Positions 18,044-27,981 are shown, numbered from the stretch's first letter. The stretch is 64,000 bases of DNA from an uncultured Bdellovibrionales bacterium (GCA_964612055.1 CAZTBI010000001.1:356824-420823); one strand, 5' to 3'. A program made the numbers and translations. Notes: generated by a model not told the origin, from the sequence alone.

Positions 18044-19819
18044 TTATTTCTTTGGGGTCTCTTCGGTCGGCTTGACCTTGGCGTACTCTAGCAAGAATTT
18101 CATGATCTGACCAAATGTCGGGGCCGCGCTCGACTCCGCCCACTCCACATTCTTCGGATTATCAAGCTTCACCAAAATGGCAAATTTCGGATCATTGATA
18201 GGCGCATAGCCCACAAAAGACCCGATACTCATACTTTCTTCGTACCCCTTAGACCCACTCTTAGCCACCTGTGCCGTACCCGTTTTTCCCCCGACCAGAT
18301 ATCCTGGCACGTCGGCACGCTTGCCATGGCCATTTACCACAACGCTCCGCAGCATGATGCCTATATTCTTACTCGCCTCCTCACCGATCACTCGTCGTAC
18401 CTCTGTTGGCTCATACTTTTCTTCCCGGCCATCAGAATAAATCACCTTATCGATGATATTTGGTTTGAGCAAACGACCACCGTTTGCCAAGGCGCTATAA
18501 GCCGCTATCATCTGGATTGGCGTAGCGGTGATACCTTGCCCGAAGGAAGAAGTAAAAAAACTCAGCGTGCTTCGTTCATTGCGCAAGTTCTTCAGGTTCC
18601 CAGGGAGCTCTGCCGGCAAATCAATACCCGTCCGCTCTCCAAAACCGAAACGTCTCAGATATTCGCCGAACAGTTTATTCCCGACGAGCTTCTCCACAAA
18701 GATGACTCCGGTATTGATAGATTCATCCAAAACCTTGAACATATTGCTCCGCCCATACACCTTATCCTCGGCGTTCCGGATCGTGTAGCCAGCCTCTACG
18801 ACGGCCCCAGGATCGACATACTCTGTCGTCGGCGATACTTTTCCCTCTTCCAGACCGATAGCCATCGTGATCGGTTTCATGATAGATCCTGGTTCATAGG
18901 CACTGCTTACGGCCGAATTGAGAAATATGGAGTAATCCTCTTCTTTGGCATACGTATTTGGATCAAACTGTGGCGATGAGGCCATAGCCAGAATATTCCC
19001 GGTCATAGGATCCATCACGATAGCCGTTGCCCGATCAGCCTGATAACGCTCTACGGAATCCTTGAGGATTTTTTCCGTCTCATACTGGATGACCCGGTCA
19101 AGAGTGAGTACGATGCTGTCCCCATTTTCGGCGTGGGTGATAGAACGATCAGAGAGCGGAATCCAACGGCCACTGGCATCTTTTTCCTGAGAGAGCGTCC
19201 CTGTTTCCCCACGAAGACGCGCATCGAGTGATGCCTCGACACCATAGCCACCAGACCCGCTGTGTTCGCCGAGACTGGCAAATCCAATTACCTGAGCAGC
19301 CAACTCTCCGGCCGGATAGTAACGATACTTTTCTGGTAACAACGCAACACCCTTCAATCGAAGCTCCTTGATCCGAGAGACTTCCTCATCACTCAAGCGC
19401 TTCTTCACTATTTCGAAAGGATCATCTGGTCGGTTTAGTTTATCGCGAATTTCTCCAGCATCAACACCGAGGATCTGCGAAAGTTCGAGGGCGACCGTAT
19501 CTTTCTCTTCGACATCTTTCGGAACAACGAAAACCATCTGGTACTCCCGGTTCACAGCAAGCGGATAGCGCTCTATTTCGCCGTCGTGCATGTAGATCTC
19601 GCCACGATCAGCCGAGAGCTCCGTAAAGGCATTGTGCTGGTTTTCTGCCAACGCTACCCACTTATCATGAGAAAAAACTTGCAGAAAAAAAAGACGGGAA
19701 AGAATCAGTCCACCAGCGAAAACAAGGCAGAAAAAAAAGACCCGCACCCGTGCGACACTGCCGGGTAACTGTTTGTGACTCTGTTTCTTTTTTGGTTGAT
19801 AGTTGGGGGTGTTTCGCAT
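18044..19819 (-). CDS. ftsI: Peptidoglycan D,D-transpeptidase (PBP2/FtsI class B PBP)
   Basis: 591 aa. N-terminal TM anchor; transpeptidase motifs SIMKP (SxxK), SSN-like and KTGTA. Confidence 0.9.
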   Translation of the reverse strand: MRNTPNYQPKKKQSHKQLPGSVARVRVFFFCLVFAGGLILSRLFFLQVFSHDKWVALAENQHNAFTELSADRGEIYMHDGEIERYPLAVNREYQMVFVVPKDVEEKDTVALELSQILGVDAGEIRDKLNRPDDPFEIVKKRLSDEEVSRIKELRLKGVALLPEKYRYYPAGELAAQVIGFASLGEHSGSGGYGVEASLDARLRGETGTLSQEKDASGRWIPLSDRSITHAENGDSIVLTLDRVIQYETEKILKDSVERYQADRATAIVMDPMTGNILAMASSPQFDPNTYAKEEDYSIFLNSAVSSAYEPGSIMKPITMAIGLEEGKVSPTTEYVDPGAVVEAGYTIRNAEDKVYGRSNMFKVLDESINTGVIFVEKLVGNKLFGEYLRRFGFGERTGIDLPAELPGNLKNLRNERSTLSFFTSSFGQGITATPIQMIAAYSALANGGRLLKPNIIDKVIYSDGREEKYEPTEVRRVIGEEASKNIGIMLRSVVVNGHGKRADVPGYLVGGKTGTAQVAKSGSKGYEESMSIGSFVGYAPINDPKFAILVKLDNPKNVEWAESSAAPTFGQIMKFLLEYAKVKPTEETPKK

Positions 19820-19858
19820 AATACTTGATCTTTCTCTCTGCGCGAAGCGAAATCCCTC

Positions 19859-20209
19859 CTAGCGCAGTGCAACCGGCCCACGCTCTTCGATGTATTTTAC
19901 GTTCTCAAGCTTTTGCATCTGAAGCTCCTGACTTGATACCTCCTCGATACGGTGCAGCGACCTGAGATCCGCTTCCGCGATACGCAGCTCAGCATTCTTT
20001 TGTTTCAAAATATTGATCTCTTTTTCGAGCGTTCGCATATGATACCCCTGAACAGCATTCTGGTTGACCGAATACAGATAACAACCACCGGAGACAAAAA
20101 CTGCTGTGAGAATCGCCACAACGAACAGGTGCACCGAACCGGAGAGCTCTGTTCGAGCACTCCCCTTTGGTTTCCATGAAGCAATCATTTTTCGACGGGA
20201 GACTGACAT
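19859..20209 (-). CDS. ftsL: Cell division protein FtsL-like (single TM plus coiled coil)
   Basis: 116 aa. One TM helix followed by a leucine-zipper-like coiled coil. Positioned between rsmH and ftsI as in dcw clusters. Confidence 0.6.
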   Translation of the reverse strand: MSVSRRKMIASWKPKGSARTELSGSVHLFVVAILTAVFVSGGCYLYSVNQNAVQGYHMRTLEKEINILKQKNAELRIAEADLRSLHRIEEVSSQELQMQKLENVKYIEERGPVALR

Positions 20210-20243
20210 ATTTACTTGTATTTTTATTTTTTCTGCCTACGTC

Positions 20244-21203
20244 CTACACTTTTTCAAGCACTCGGAGCTTGGCACTTCGGGCACGCGGATTGCGTACAAG
20301 TTCTGCCTCTCCTCCTACAATCGGTTTTTTAGTAAGAATCTTTGCTTTCGGTACCTGACCACACCGACAAACTGGAAAATTTGGTGGACAGATACAGCCT
20401 TCAGCCTGATCTTTCATAAACTGCTTAACCCGTCTATCCTCTCCGGAATGAAAAGTGATAACAGCGAGCCTTCCTCCAGAAACGAGCCTCTTCATCGCCT
20501 GGGTCAGAAATTTTTCCAAATGATCAAACTCCTGATTGACAGCGATGCGGAGCGCCTGAAATGTCTTGGTGGCCGGATGAATCTTCTGCGCGTAGCGGAG
20601 CTTTTTCGGATACACTGCCTCGATCAGTTCTCGGAGTTCAGAAGTTGTCCGAAGCGGCGCCTCTTCGCGCTTCTTCACTATGGCCTGCGCAATACGGTGC
20701 GCTTCTCCTTCATCGCCATAGTCTCGAAGCAATACTTCGAGCTCCTTTGCTTCGTACTCGTTCACGATCTTTTCGGCCGTCAGTTCCTTGGTCTGATCGA
20801 GTCGCATATCAAGCGGACCATCCTCCTGAAAGCTGAAGCCTCGTGATGCCGCTTCAATCTGATCAGAAGAGAACCCCAGATCAGCGAGTATAGCATCGAC
20901 CGTTTCGACACCGAGCCGTTCCAAGAGCACGTCAATCTCCGAATAGTTTCCTTGTACCAGAACAAGTCTCTCCTCCTCAGAGGCTTGCCTGAGAACATCA
21001 TCGGATTCTACGCGCTCCTTGAAACGACCCAGTGCTTCGTGGTCAGCATCCAAGGCAATCACTCTGCCGGTTGGCATTACTTCTGCAAGCATCATGCTCG
21101 CATGTCCGCCACCGCCCAAAGTCGCATCCACCACCGTCATTCCTTTTTGAAGGTGCAACTTCTCCTTTACCTCTTCGAGCAATACTGGAATATGCTTCGT
21201 CAT
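20244..21203 (-). CDS. rsmH: 16S rRNA (cytosine1402-N4)-methyltransferase RsmH (MraW)
   Basis: HIPVLLEEV and DATLGGGGH SAM-binding motifs. The ORF-track start at 21224 is a TTG codon. The ATG at 21201-21203 (MTKHIPVLL) is preferred. Confidence 0.9.
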   Translation of the reverse strand: MTKHIPVLLEEVKEKLHLQKGMTVVDATLGGGGHASMMLAEVMPTGRVIALDADHEALGRFKERVESDDVLRQASEEERLVLVQGNYSEIDVLLERLGVETVDAILADLGFSSDQIEAASRGFSFQEDGPLDMRLDQTKELTAEKIVNEYEAKELEVLLRDYGDEGEAHRIAQAIVKKREEAPLRTTSELRELIEAVYPKKLRYAQKIHPATKTFQALRIAVNQEFDHLEKFLTQAMKRLVSGGRLAVITFHSGEDRRVKQFMKDQAEGCICPPNFPVCRCGQVPKAKILTKKPIVGGEAELVRNPRARSAKLRVLEKV

Positions 21204-21308
21204 ATCTTTCTTTTCAACCCTCAAACATTAAAACTTGATGAAAAACTTTGATGTTTGATTTTTGAATACTCTCTCTTTGTTTTCTGTTGCTTGCTCACTG
21301 CTTTCTGT

Positions 21309-21743
21309 CTAATAAATACCGAGCTTGCCCAAATCTTCCGCAATCTTTCCAGTATTCTTTTCCGCCAAACTCTTGTACTTACTCCATTTCGCGCTATCCC
21401 AAATTTCCAAACGATTGAAGAGTCCGACAATCGTCACTTCCTTTTTCAATCCACCATCATGCTTCAGATACTCCGGAAGAAGAATCCGCCCTTGGCTATC
21501 AAGCTCCACATCAGTTGCGCCAGCGAGCATCACTCGGATAAAGCTCCGTGTTCCCGCTTCACCAACCGGTAATCCTCCAAGCTTGGTTGCAAGCTCCTCC
21601 CATACCTTCACTGGATAGACGAAGAGACAATTATCCAGTCCACGCGTCACCACCACCTTGTTCCCGAGCTCTCCACGAAACTTCGAAGGAAGCGCCAGGC
21701 GCTTTTTCGGATCAATCGTATGTGAGTACTCTCCGATGAACAT
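21309..21743 (-). CDS. mraZ: Transcriptional regulator MraZ
   Basis: 144 aa with the duplicated MraZ motif (DPKKRLALPSKFR ... DSQGRILLP). Candidate promoter at ~21819-21851. Confidence 0.9.
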   Translation of the reverse strand: MFIGEYSHTIDPKKRLALPSKFRGELGNKVVVTRGLDNCLFVYPVKVWEELATKLGGLPVGEAGTRSFIRVMLAGATDVELDSQGRILLPEYLKHDGGLKKEVTIVGLFNRLEIWDSAKWSKYKSLAEKNTGKIAEDLGKLGIY

Positions 21744-21818
21744 AGAGTTTGAGGAGGTAAAACGAAGGCGGTGTGAAATTCCCCACTTTCACCCACTTTT
21801 TGTAACTACCTCCACATT

Positions 21819-21851
21819 CTATACCACCAGAAGACACAACGTCAACACAAA
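21819..21851 (-). promoter_or_regulatory. Candidate mraZ promoter TTGACG-16/17-TATAGA
   Basis: Minus-strand reading of the 21817-21851 region. Moderate match. Confidence 0.35.
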
Positions 21852-21949
21852 AAGTTATACACCAAGGAAAGAGCTATTTCAAGCCATAAAAAAAGCGGCC
21901 GACTCTGCGTCGTACCGCTAGTTGTTCTGATTTCAGAGGCCACTGTCTC

Positions 21950-22237
21950 TCAGATGATGTCGTAGATTGGCCCGGTCTCGTGAGCCTGCCAATGACCGGC
22001 CACTTGTTCATGAAGCATGCGCCAATCTCCCGGCGCCGTTTCATAAAACCGGAGCTCTTCGGCCTCATCACTCTCGAGAATCAGGATACCTCCTTCATGA
22101 CTCATGACCGTGGCGCCAATGGCATCACGCTCACCGCCGTTTTGCATCTTGAAATGCACCCGGATACCTTTTTCCATGACGTCTACTCCTTGGCTGAGAA
22201 CTGCCCAGATCGTACGCTGACCCGTATCAAAAGTCAA
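21950..22237 (-). CDS. Hypothetical protein (95 aa)
   Basis: Start overlaps the bcp stop (ATGA). Terminator-like hairpin plus T7 downstream at ~21885-21915. Confidence 0.4.
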   Translation of the reverse strand: MTFDTGQRTIWAVLSQGVDVMEKGIRVHFKMQNGGERDAIGATVMSHEGGILILESDEAEELRFYETAPGDWRMLHEQVAGHWQAHETGPIYDII

Positions 22238-22698
22238 GACTGTCGGATATCTGCCAATACTTCCTCTGCATGCAACTCGGGCTTCACATTTTCGTACACC
22301 TTCGAAATTTTTCCTTCCGGATCGATAAGAAACGAGGTGCGAAGAATTCCCATATACTCTCGACCCATAAATTTCTTCTTCGCCCAGACGCCATAGAGAT
22401 TCACTACTTCCTTTTCCTCATCAGCCAAAAGCGTGAATGGCAACTCATATTTCGTCACAAACTTGGCATGCTTCTTTACTGGATCCGCGCTCACACCCAG
22501 CACCACCGCCTTGGACCGTTTAAACTTTGGAAAGTTATCACGAAACCGACAGGCTTCCACAGCGCAGCCCGGCGTATCGTCTTTGGGATAAAAATAGAGC
22601 ACTACCCACTTACCAAGGTACTCTTTCAACGTATGCAGCTTCCCATCTTGATCTGGGAGTGTGAAATTTTTCGCTTTGGTTCCTTTTTTTGGAAACAT
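22234..22698 (-). CDS. bcp: Peroxiredoxin Bcp (thiol peroxidase, 1-Cys/atypical 2-Cys)
   Basis: FYPKDDTPGCAVEACRFRD peroxiredoxin motif. Start taken at MFPKKG (internal ATG of the longer ORF). Confidence 0.85.
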   Translation of the reverse strand: MFPKKGTKAKNFTLPDQDGKLHTLKEYLGKWVVLYFYPKDDTPGCAVEACRFRDNFPKFKRSKAVVLGVSADPVKKHAKFVTKYELPFTLLADEEKEVVNLYGVWAKKKFMGREYMGILRTSFLIDPEGKISKVYENVKPELHAEEVLADIRQS

Positions 22699-22797
22699 AC
22701 TTATAACGTGTGAGGAGTTAATACAAAATTCTAGCACAAAGTAAAAGCCCTCGCCACGAACGATGCGTGACGAGAGCGGCTTCTCCTTTCAGATCTC

Positions 22798-23049
22798 TTA
22801 CCTTTTCCCGATGACTTTCTCAATGCGTCGATAGAGTGGCCAGAAACCTTGAGGCAGTTTGTGCGCCCCAGACCTGAGAACCCTCATCGTCGCCCGAGCA
22901 TCGCCATGAGCGCCATCTACGTAGAGACGTAACGCCGACCTCCAAAGCCGAAGAACTTGCTCGTCCTTAAGCCTTTGTGGACTGCGGCGCACATCTTCTC
23001 CTTCGGAGTGCGGGCAATAACTCCCTTCAACTCTGTCTTCAATCAACAA
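22798..23049 (-). CDS. Doubtful small ORF (83 aa, Arg-rich, TTG start with AGGAGA RBS)
   Basis: The only open frame in a 416-bp GC-rich intergenic gap. AGGAGAcacaaTTG context. Composition is atypical, so it may be a non-coding leader. Confidence 0.2.
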   Translation of the reverse strand: MLIEDRVEGSYCPHSEGEDVRRSPQRLKDEQVLRLWRSALRLYVDGAHGDARATMRVLRSGAHKLPQGFWPLYRRIEKVIGKR

Positions 23050-23102
23050 TTGTGTCTCCTGTGTTTTCTTGAAACGGATAAGGCCCCATGGAGAGACCTC
23101 AC

Positions 23103-23126
23103 CAAAAAAGCCCAGCTCAGGCTTTA
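23103..23126 (-). terminator. Intrinsic terminator downstream of rarA (AAGCC/GGCTT stem, T6)
   Basis: Seen directly. Confidence 0.5.
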
Positions 23127-23154
23127 AGAATAGTAACCCAGAACCACTCCCTCG

Positions 23155-24387
23155 TCAAGAGATCTCGTTTTTCGCCTTGATTTCAAGGTATTTTCGACCT
23201 TTCAATCGTTCTGGGAAATATTCCTGGGCCGCCTCTTCGTTAGTCTTAAAGTCTGGAGTATACTTGTAGCCTTTCCCATACTCAAGCTCTTTCATAAGTT
23301 TCGTAGGAGCATTGCGGAGATGAAGCGGCACTGGTTCATTCGGAAAATTTCTTACGTCCTCTTTAGCTTTTCCATACGCCACATAGAGCGCGTTTGATTT
23401 TTTGGATACTGCCAAATACACCACCACCTGAGCGAGATGCACTTCACACTCTGGCATCCCCAGCATCTGACAAGCCTGAAAAGCTGCCACCGCCTGAGGC
23501 AAAGCAAACGAGTTAGCAATACCAATATCTTCTGAGGCAAAACGCACGAGCCGTCGTGCAACATAAATCGGGTCCTCCCCCGCCTCGAGCATCCGAGCAA
23601 GGTAGTACAATGCGGCATCGGCATCATTCCCTCGCAACGATTTGTGCAAAGCAGAGATGATATTGTAGTGCTCCTCGCCATTTTTATCGTAGAGAAGATG
23701 TGAACGCTTCACCACTTGCTCGACCGTCAAGGCATCAATATGAGTCTTTTTCAACGCTGCTGCTTCAAGCGTATTGAGCGTCATTCTCGCGTCACCGCCC
23801 GAAACCGCTGCAATAAATGAGAGTGCCTCATCGGTAGCAGTGACTTCTTTTCCGAAATACTCCTTACTTTGCTTGAGCGCCTGTTGCATCAGATTAACCA
23901 GAGTCGACTCGCTGTGCTTATCAAGTACCAAGACACGTGCCCGAGAAAGAAGAGCGGCATTCACTTCAAAACTGGGATTTTCCGTGGTGGCACCAATCAA
24001 AATAACCGTACCACGTTCGACATGCGGCAATAAACTGTCCTGTTGCGATTTATTAAAACGATGGATCTCATCAACAAAAAGAATGGTCTTCTTCCCTTGC
24101 TTCTTGTTTTCTTCGGCTTCGGAAAATACGGCTCGCATATCCTTCACTCCGCTTCCCACAGCAGACAACTGACGAAATTCTGCCTGAGTCTCTTTGGCAA
24201 TCAAGAGTGCCAAAGTAGTCTTGCCGCTTCCCGGCGGGCCCCAAAAAATAAGGGAGGGTATACGATCCGCCTCAATGGCTTCACGGAGAAATGATCCGTC
24301 ACCAAACACCTTTTCCTGTCCCAAGAAATCCTCCAGCTTTTTCGGCCGTAATCGTTCAGCCAGCGGAATATATGTATTTTTATTCAT
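23155..24387 (-). CDS. rarA: Replication-associated recombination protein A (RarA/MgsA AAA+ ATPase)
   Basis: 410 aa with Walker [10 protein letters not shown] and the RarA C-terminal domain. Hairpin plus T6 terminator at ~23103-23126. Confidence 0.9.
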   Translation of the reverse strand: MNKNTYIPLAERLRPKKLEDFLGQEKVFGDGSFLREAIEADRIPSLIFWGPPGSGKTTLALLIAKETQAEFRQLSAVGSGVKDMRAVFSEAEENKKQGKKTILFVDEIHRFNKSQQDSLLPHVERGTVILIGATTENPSFEVNAALLSRARVLVLDKHSESTLVNLMQQALKQSKEYFGKEVTATDEALSFIAAVSGGDARMTLNTLEAAALKKTHIDALTVEQVVKRSHLLYDKNGEEHYNIISALHKSLRGNDADAALYYLARMLEAGEDPIYVARRLVRFASEDIGIANSFALPQAVAAFQACQMLGMPECEVHLAQVVVYLAVSKKSNALYVAYGKAKEDVRNFPNEPVPLHLRNAPTKLMKELEYGKGYKYTPDFKTNEEAAQEYFPERLKGRKYLEIKAKNEIS

Positions 24388-24427
24388 AGAGCAGAAGTTT
24401 CAAAGCGTTCATCTTTGAGTGCAAGTT

Positions 24428-24513
24428 CGAGGCGTCGGTGAGGAACTCCGTAAGCCGTACTCGTAGAGTACCGTGTCGAGTACCGGAGCCGAGAACAAAG
24501 AAATGTGCCAAAG
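24428..24513. repeat. Copy 1 of a conserved ~90-nt intergenic element (xth-rarA spacer) containing hairpin GTACTC-GTA-GAGTAC
   Basis: ~85% identical to 34221-34312 over ~90 nt. Confidence 0.7.
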
Positions 24514-24520
24514 ATGGACG

Positions 24521-25330
24521 CTAAGAGAGAATAATACCGACTGGGCAATGATCGGAGCCTAGTACCTCAGGGAGAATAAAAGCTTCTTTGATTCGCGGCT
24601 TGAGAGACTCACTCACCAGGAAGTAATCAATGCGCCAACCGACGTTGCGCGCTCGAGAATTCGCAAAGTGCGACCACCAAGAGTAGTGGCCATTCCCTTT
24701 CTGAAAGAGACGAAAGGTATCAACAAAACCAGCATCAACGAAACTCTGAAAACCTTCCCGTTCTTCGTCGGTAAAACCATGCTTCCCAATATTCCCCTTG
24801 GGATTGGCCAAATCATCTTCGGTATGGGCGACATTCAAATCACCACAAAAAATCACTGGTTTCTTTTTCTCCAAGTCCCTGCAGTAGGCCAGAAATGCCG
24901 GATCCCACTGCTTATGACGCAAGGGTACCCGACTCAAATCTTCTTTGGCATTCGGAGTATAGACAGTCACCACAAAAAAATCTTCAAACTCAAGGGCAAT
25001 CACTCGGCCTTCAGAGCACGGGTCGCCATAACCATCCGCCACCAAATTGAACTTTTTTATAATTTTTTCCGGAAAACCATTGCGAACGGAGAGTGGCTTG
25101 GTCTTGGTGAAGATAGCAGTTCCGGAATAGCCTTTGCGATCGGCAGAATTCCAATACTCCTCATATTCCGGCAGATCAATCTCAGCCTGCCCCTGCATCG
25201 CCTTGGTCTCCTGAAGACAGAGAATATCCGGTTGGTATTTTTCAATAAAAGGAAGGAATAGCCCCTTCTTATGGACGGCTCGGATGCCATTCACATTCCA
25301 AGAAATAAGAGTGATTGGTTTTTTTGGCAT
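24521..25330 (-). CDS. xth: Exodeoxyribonuclease III (Xth, AP endonuclease)
   Basis: 269 aa with EEP-fold motifs (SWNVNG, CLQETK, GDLNVAH, SDHCPV). Confidence 0.9.
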   Translation of the reverse strand: MPKKPITLISWNVNGIRAVHKKGLFLPFIEKYQPDILCLQETKAMQGQAEIDLPEYEEYWNSADRKGYSGTAIFTKTKPLSVRNGFPEKIIKKFNLVADGYGDPCSEGRVIALEFEDFFVVTVYTPNAKEDLSRVPLRHKQWDPAFLAYCRDLEKKKPVIFCGDLNVAHTEDDLANPKGNIGKHGFTDEEREGFQSFVDAGFVDTFRLFQKGNGHYSWWSHFANSRARNVGWRIDYFLVSESLKPRIKEAFILPEVLGSDHCPVGIILS

Positions 25331-25385
25331 ATCTGATAAGAGAGAATCTTGTTTACTTCACTTACATAGTATCAGTTTTTTAGAG

Positions 25386-25424
25386 AAAAGTAAAAGCCGC
25401 CGAACCAGAACTGGTAAGGCGGCG
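25386..25424 (-). terminator. Intrinsic terminator GCCGCC-gaaCCAGaaCTGGtaa-GGCGGC plus TTTTACTTTT
   Basis: Seen directly. Ends the small-peptide unit downstream of miaB. Confidence 0.65.
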
Positions 25425-25468
25425 GGGGTGGCCTCAGGTTGAATTCGTCACTGAGAGCCAGATGACCT

Positions 25469-25654
25469 TCAGAGCGACGGAACTAGTGAGACCAGCGCTG
25501 AAAGGATCAGAACTGCAGAGACCACCAGCGCAAGCCCAGCAAGGCGACGCTGACGGCAAGATGCCTCGAACTGCTCGGGGCTACGGAAAGAATCACCCAT
25601 CATGACCTCCATTTGGGCAAAGGAACACTCATAACTGCCATAACTGCCTCGCAA
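25469..25654 (-). CDS. Small single-TM peptide gene (43-61 aa, start ambiguous)
   Basis: Perfect TTGACA-17-TACAAT promoter at ~25667-25695. GGAGG before the MGDSF ATG. C-terminal hydrophobic helix. Strong hairpin terminator at ~25386-25424. Confidence 0.4.
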   Translation of the reverse strand: MRGSYGSYECSFAQMEVMMGDSFRSPEQFEASCRQRRLAGLALVVSAVLILSALVSLVPSL

Positions 25655-25666
25655 TTACTTGGCCCC

Positions 25667-25695
25667 ATTGTACACCTAAACCAACATTCTGTCAA
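25667..25695 (-). promoter_or_regulatory. Consensus sigma70 promoter TTGACA-17-TACAAT
   Basis: Seen directly, 24 nt downstream of the miaB stop. Confidence 0.6.
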
Positions 25696-25718
25696 GATAG
25701 GCATGCACTTTTATCCCA

Positions 25719-26867
25719 CTAAAAAGCCTTTTTTCCTTTAAAAGCCACGGCATCGAGTTCATGAAAGCGGCGTTGCTTCTCTTCAATAGAAATATCATCC
25801 ACCCCTTTGGCAGCAGCCGTGCCGGGGCGAGGCGAAAACCAAGCAATAAACGTCTTGGCAAAATCGACTCGCTTTACCAGGTCAATAGAATCATCGAAAT
25901 CTGCCCGTGTCTCCCCAGGAAAGCCAACAATAATATCCGTTGTAAAAGTGATGCCCGACACTTTGGCACGAATACGATCAATAAGTTCGAGATACTCGGC
26001 TCGCGTATACCAGCGGTTCATACGCTTCAAAACAGCATCGCTCCCCGACTGGACCGGGAGATGAAGGACGCGATCAACATTCTCGTGACGCGCCATGACA
26101 TCGATTAACTCATCGGAGAAATCCCAGGGGTTAGAAGAAATAAAAGAGACCTTCTTAAATTGAGGGATCTCTGCAATACTCTCCAAAAGATACGGGAACA
26201 AGGTCGGGATGCGATGACGGTTTAGATGCTTCACCATAACTGGCTTCACCTTTCTCCCATCCGGTAATTCATATTCCTCCCCTTCCTTTATTTTTTCTTG
26301 CAGAAAATCAGCACCGTAGGAATTCACATTCTGCCCCAAAAGCACCACTTCTTCATACCCCTGCCTAGCAATATCTTGAGCCTCTACCAAGATATCCGCA
26401 AAGGATCGCGAACGCTCCTTACCCCGAGAAAAGGGTACGATGCAAAAAGCACAGTAGTTATTACAACCATTGGAAATAACGATCGATGCTGACTTCCCCT
26501 TGGCACGCACCGGTACATGCTCGAAACCGACTTCTTCAAGCGGCAGGAATTCGGCATCGGGTAGACGACCCGTCAGACGCTTCATCATTTTCCCCGAAGG
26601 TTCCCGAGCAGCTGCTCCAACCAAGCAACCAGTTATGACGATACGTGGCGACGCATCACCCAATTGTTCTTTCAGACTCCGTACCAAGCCATACACTCGC
26701 TCTTCAGCCTTATCACGAATGACACAGGTATTGAGTATCAAGACATCGGCTTCTTCTTGTTTTTCGGCTGGCAAAAAACCACGCGAGCGATAAAAACTCT
26801 CGATCCGTTCCGAATCAGCGACGTTTTGCTGACAACCAAAAGTCTTGATGAAAAATTTCTCGCTCAT
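25719..26867 (-). CDS. miaB: Radical-SAM methylthiotransferase (MiaB/RimO family)
   Basis: 382 aa. MTTase N-domain (TFGCQQN...NTCVIRD), radical-SAM CxxxCxxC (CNNYCAFC) and a TRAM-like C-terminus. Confidence 0.8.
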   Translation of the reverse strand: MSEKFFIKTFGCQQNVADSERIESFYRSRGFLPAEKQEEADVLILNTCVIRDKAEERVYGLVRSLKEQLGDASPRIVITGCLVGAAAREPSGKMMKRLTGRLPDAEFLPLEEVGFEHVPVRAKGKSASIVISNGCNNYCAFCIVPFSRGKERSRSFADILVEAQDIARQGYEEVVLLGQNVNSYGADFLQEKIKEGEEYELPDGRKVKPVMVKHLNRHRIPTLFPYLLESIAEIPQFKKVSFISSNPWDFSDELIDVMARHENVDRVLHLPVQSGSDAVLKRMNRWYTRAEYLELIDRIRAKVSGITFTTDIIVGFPGETRADFDDSIDLVKRVDFAKTFIAWFSPRPGTAAAKGVDDISIEEKQRRFHELDAVAFKGKKAF

Positions 26868-27931
26868 GCTTCTGTTGTTTCAGGTTGCTCAACATTCTTC
26901 TCCACAATAAGTTGCCCGCAGGCAGCGGCAATATCATCGCCCATCGTCCGACGGCGCGTCACGACCACTCCAGCATCTTCCAATTGTTTCTGAAAACGAA
27001 CGAAATCCCCGGGAAGACTATCCTTATAAACACTGCCCGTGAAATTGTAAGGGATGAGATTAATACGTACCTTACCGACTCGGTGAGCGAAACGAATCAA
27101 TGCTTCAGCATGCATCTCGGTATCATTGATCTTTGAGAGCATGACATATTCGAAGGTCAGATGCCGACGACGGCTTTCAAACTTTTGAAAATACTCTTCC
27201 GTCCAGGTAGCTAACCCATCCAGAAATCCATCATACGAGCTTGGCATGATTTTCTTCCTGGTCTCAGAATCAGCGCTGTGCAGTGACACCGCAAGTCGCA
27301 CCGCCGGCCACGTCGGATCAGTAAGCACCTTGCGCAGCATAGGAAGCAACCCGACGGTCGAGACGGTAATACGCGTCATACCAATATCAGTATATGTAAG
27401 GAGGAGTCGCAACGTTTCTTTCACGTTCTCATAGTTGGCCAGTGGCTCTCCCATACCCATGAACACGACATTACTAATCCGTTCTGGCAAGTCTGGCCGC
27501 TTGGCAAGAAACATGTTCCAGAAACGAACCTGATCGACAATCTCATCAGCTGTCAGGTTACGAGTAAAGCCCATGGTACCGGTGGCACAGAATGTGCAGG
27601 CCATAGCGCAACCGATCTGAGACGAAACGCAGACCGTCCACTGCCCCCGAGCATTTTTCATAAGCACCGTCTCGACTCGTTTCCCTCCCTCTACTTCAAC
27701 CACCGCTTTGAACGTGTCTTTCTTCACACTTTCAAATACCTGCGTCTCTTTAATTGCCAGCCAAGGAAGCTCCTTTTCAAGTGTTTCTCGCATCGCGAGC
27801 GGCATATTAGAAACATCGGAGAACCCTTTGAAAATAGGTGAAAACAACGCTTCTTCCATCTGCTTAAGACGGAAGGTTGGCGCGTTCGGAAAAAGAGTCT
27901 GAAATTTTTCTTTTCGAGAGAGCGGTGTCAT
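26864..27931 (-). CDS. rlmN: 23S rRNA/tRNA m2A methyltransferase RlmN (radical SAM)
   Basis: 355 aa with CVSSQIGCAMACTFCATG and the C-terminal conserved Cys region. Confidence 0.9.
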   Translation of the reverse strand: MTPLSRKEKFQTLFPNAPTFRLKQMEEALFSPIFKGFSDVSNMPLAMRETLEKELPWLAIKETQVFESVKKDTFKAVVEVEGGKRVETVLMKNARGQWTVCVSSQIGCAMACTFCATGTMGFTRNLTADEIVDQVRFWNMFLAKRPDLPERISNVVFMGMGEPLANYENVKETLRLLLTYTDIGMTRITVSTVGLLPMLRKVLTDPTWPAVRLAVSLHSADSETRKKIMPSSYDGFLDGLATWTEEYFQKFESRRRHLTFEYVMLSKINDTEMHAEALIRFAHRVGKVRINLIPYNFTGSVYKDSLPGDFVRFQKQLEDAGVVVTRRRTMGDDIAAACGQLIVEKNVEQPETTEA

Positions 27932-27981
27932 AACCTGAATACTCTACCATAGAGAGACAGCGCCGTCAATGAGACTTCCCT

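Noticed and set aside
20106-20846. 246-aa plus-strand ORF
   Set aside because: Antisense to rsmH and ftsL.
24388-24520. 19-codon plus-strand ORFs starting at AAATG inside both copies of the conserved element
   Set aside because: The peptides diverge completely after 5 residues although the DNA is conserved, so conservation is not at the protein level.
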